DNA from: Eledone cirrhosa
Taxonomy: Eukaryota
Assembly: GCA_964016885.1 (NCBI GenBank)
Contig: OZ024740.1
Coordinates: forward strand, 317,068,001-317,132,000
Reading direction: 5' to 3'
DNA: 64,000 bases
This document shows positions 62,264 to 64,000 of the stretch, in pieces. Position 1 is the stretch's first letter. Every line of letters begins with the position of its first letter. The notes under the pieces are model-generated. The model saw only the letters and a list, made by a program, of their open reading frames with translations, did not search any database and had not been told where the DNA came from. The translations under genes were made by a program, and so were the position numbers.

Positions 62264-63309
62264 AGACGAGAGTTGACTGAGTCTTAGTATATTACTGGTT
62301 ATATTTAATCCAGTTTAGTGGGACATTAAGAAGAGTGATCATTGATCTTGATAGTATTTTAATTTAGAATGTAGCTTCACAATAGACAATTACCGTCATT
62401 CTATAACAGTTCTATTATTTCTTCATTGGATATGAAGCTGTAAGGCTTTAACTCTTTCATGAGCATATTTCTAATTAACAACACTCCATTTCAATTAATT
62501 AAAGAAGAATTTTGATGGTTTTACTAGAATTATTAATTATTTGATTACTGAGCTAATAACAATGTAAGGTTCTTATATAAAATTATGTTGAAAGATTTTT
62601 ATTTCAATTGGAAACCTTTAAAATGGGTGGTCTTATTTCATAGAACCAGAACCTGTTTTGGCCGGGTTAGTAACAAAAGGGTTAGAGGAAGGGAAATTGG
62701 CAGTTCTCTACATTCAGAATATTCTCACAATAATTAAGTAACTAAAGAAGAAAGCTATGATAAAGATAAGAAGGTTATTGATGGAATTTGAAATCTTGAA
62801 TCTTTAGTCAAGATCATAAGACTTTAAACATTTGACTATTGATTCCTTTCACAAGGATCTCTTCCACAAGCTCCAAATATATTTTCCACCATACATGGTG
62901 AACTGGGTGCTTTTCATTGGCACTAGTGGCTGTTATGATAAGTAATCCCATTACTTACAGTTGTAGGCTATACTGCTTTATGGTACCTATTTTCAGCTTG
63001 GTGGATTGAGCCAGCAAAAGGGTCTTAATGTTTAGAAGTTATGTATATAATTTCTAAACATTAGAGTTACGGCCCTTGCCATTCTAAGTTCGAATCCCGC
63101 CGAGGTTAACTTTGCCTTTCATCCTTACAGGGTCGATAAAATAAAGTACCAGTAATGCACTGGGTAATTGCTGGCCTTGTGCCCAAAAGTAGAAACAATT
63201 ATATACTTGTGTATAAGCTACACCTTTTCCCACAGAAATATGATGTAGGAAACCAGCATGCAACTTATTTATTAGACCTACAAAACCTCAATTCAAAACA
63301 TGATATGCA

Positions 63310-63657
63310 CTCTGTAAAGTGGCAGAGATGGTGCCACGATGAAAAGCACCCAGTCCACCTTGTAGGGTGGAAGTGGTGGTGCTATTATAAAAAGCACCCA
63401 GTCTATGCTATGAGTGGTAATGCTGGTGTCATGAAGAAAAGCTTGAAGTCCACCCTGTAAGGAGCTTGTACCAGAGTTACAATAAATTACTCTTGGTACA
63501 TGCTTTAATGTGGTTGGCATTAGGAAGGGCATCCAACTGTAGAAATGAGTGTATAAGCAGGATGTAGTTACTAGGTACCAGTCAGGCCTCAGTACATAAC
63601 AGCCCATCTAATCTATGCGAACCAGAAAATAGGTGTCAAATGAAGATGATGATGATT
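63310..63657 (+). mobile_element. Degenerate RTE-tail element with 48-bp units
   Basis: AAAAGCACCCAGTCCAC units plus TTGGCATTAGGAAGGGCATCCAACTGTAGAAA tail. A similar element lies at ~51995-52305. Confidence 0.65.
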
Positions 63658-64000
63658 GTAAATGTTGTATGTAAAAATGGAGGTGCAACTTAGATACTCC
63701 ATATCCCTGCATGTTGTCTGAGGCCACCAAAAAGGTTGGCATTAGGAAGGACATCTGCCTGTAAAACATTGTCAAACCATCTCATCCAAATCCATGCCAA
63801 CATGGACAAGTTGATGTAAAGGTGATGATGATATAAGATTCTGATTTTATTACTTGCAGGAATTGATCTCAGTGATCATAGTAATTATTTGATATATATA
63901 CCTGCGACTTTGGGTTGAACATCATCATCAGCATCATTTAAGGTCCACTTTCCCTGCTAGTAAGAGTTAGATGGATTTACATAGACCAAATCAGTAGTGA

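Noticed and set aside
63860-63892. Next exon after the TTGCAG acceptor
   Set aside because: Phase-0 reading stops after 10 codons and there is no clear donor.

Overview
This is AT-rich, repeat-dominated eukaryotic DNA, most likely from a coleoid cephalopod (octopus-like; inferred from the SINE/RTE repertoire and microsatellite load). It holds four + strand copies of one RTE-clade LINE (APE endonuclease plus RT, with a C4HC3 PHD-type finger inserted inside the RT), one of which keeps an uninterrupted ~900-codon ORF. There is also a head-to-head minus-strand copy of a sister subfamily, and fragments of CR1-, CRE-, Rex3/Expander- and BovB-like LINEs. Other repeats include several tRNA-derived SINE families, TTAA (piggyBac-type) and TA (Tc1/mariner-type) MITEs, two non-autonomous Helitrons, and several satellites (20-bp with a 12-mer higher-order repeat, 86-bp, 48-bp, 32-bp). 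A host gene on the + strand is suggested by one well-formed internal exon (56822-56926) and two candidate alternative first coding exons; I cannot name it. The most unusual signal, invisible in the ORF track, is a set of short non-coding elements in or beside (TA)n runs that carry minimal type I hammerhead ribozyme folds. Four cores are intact or near-intact and several are degenerate, and three different ones lie within ~450 bp at 4.0-4.5 kb. Most short ORFs in the track are microsatellite or antisense artefacts.
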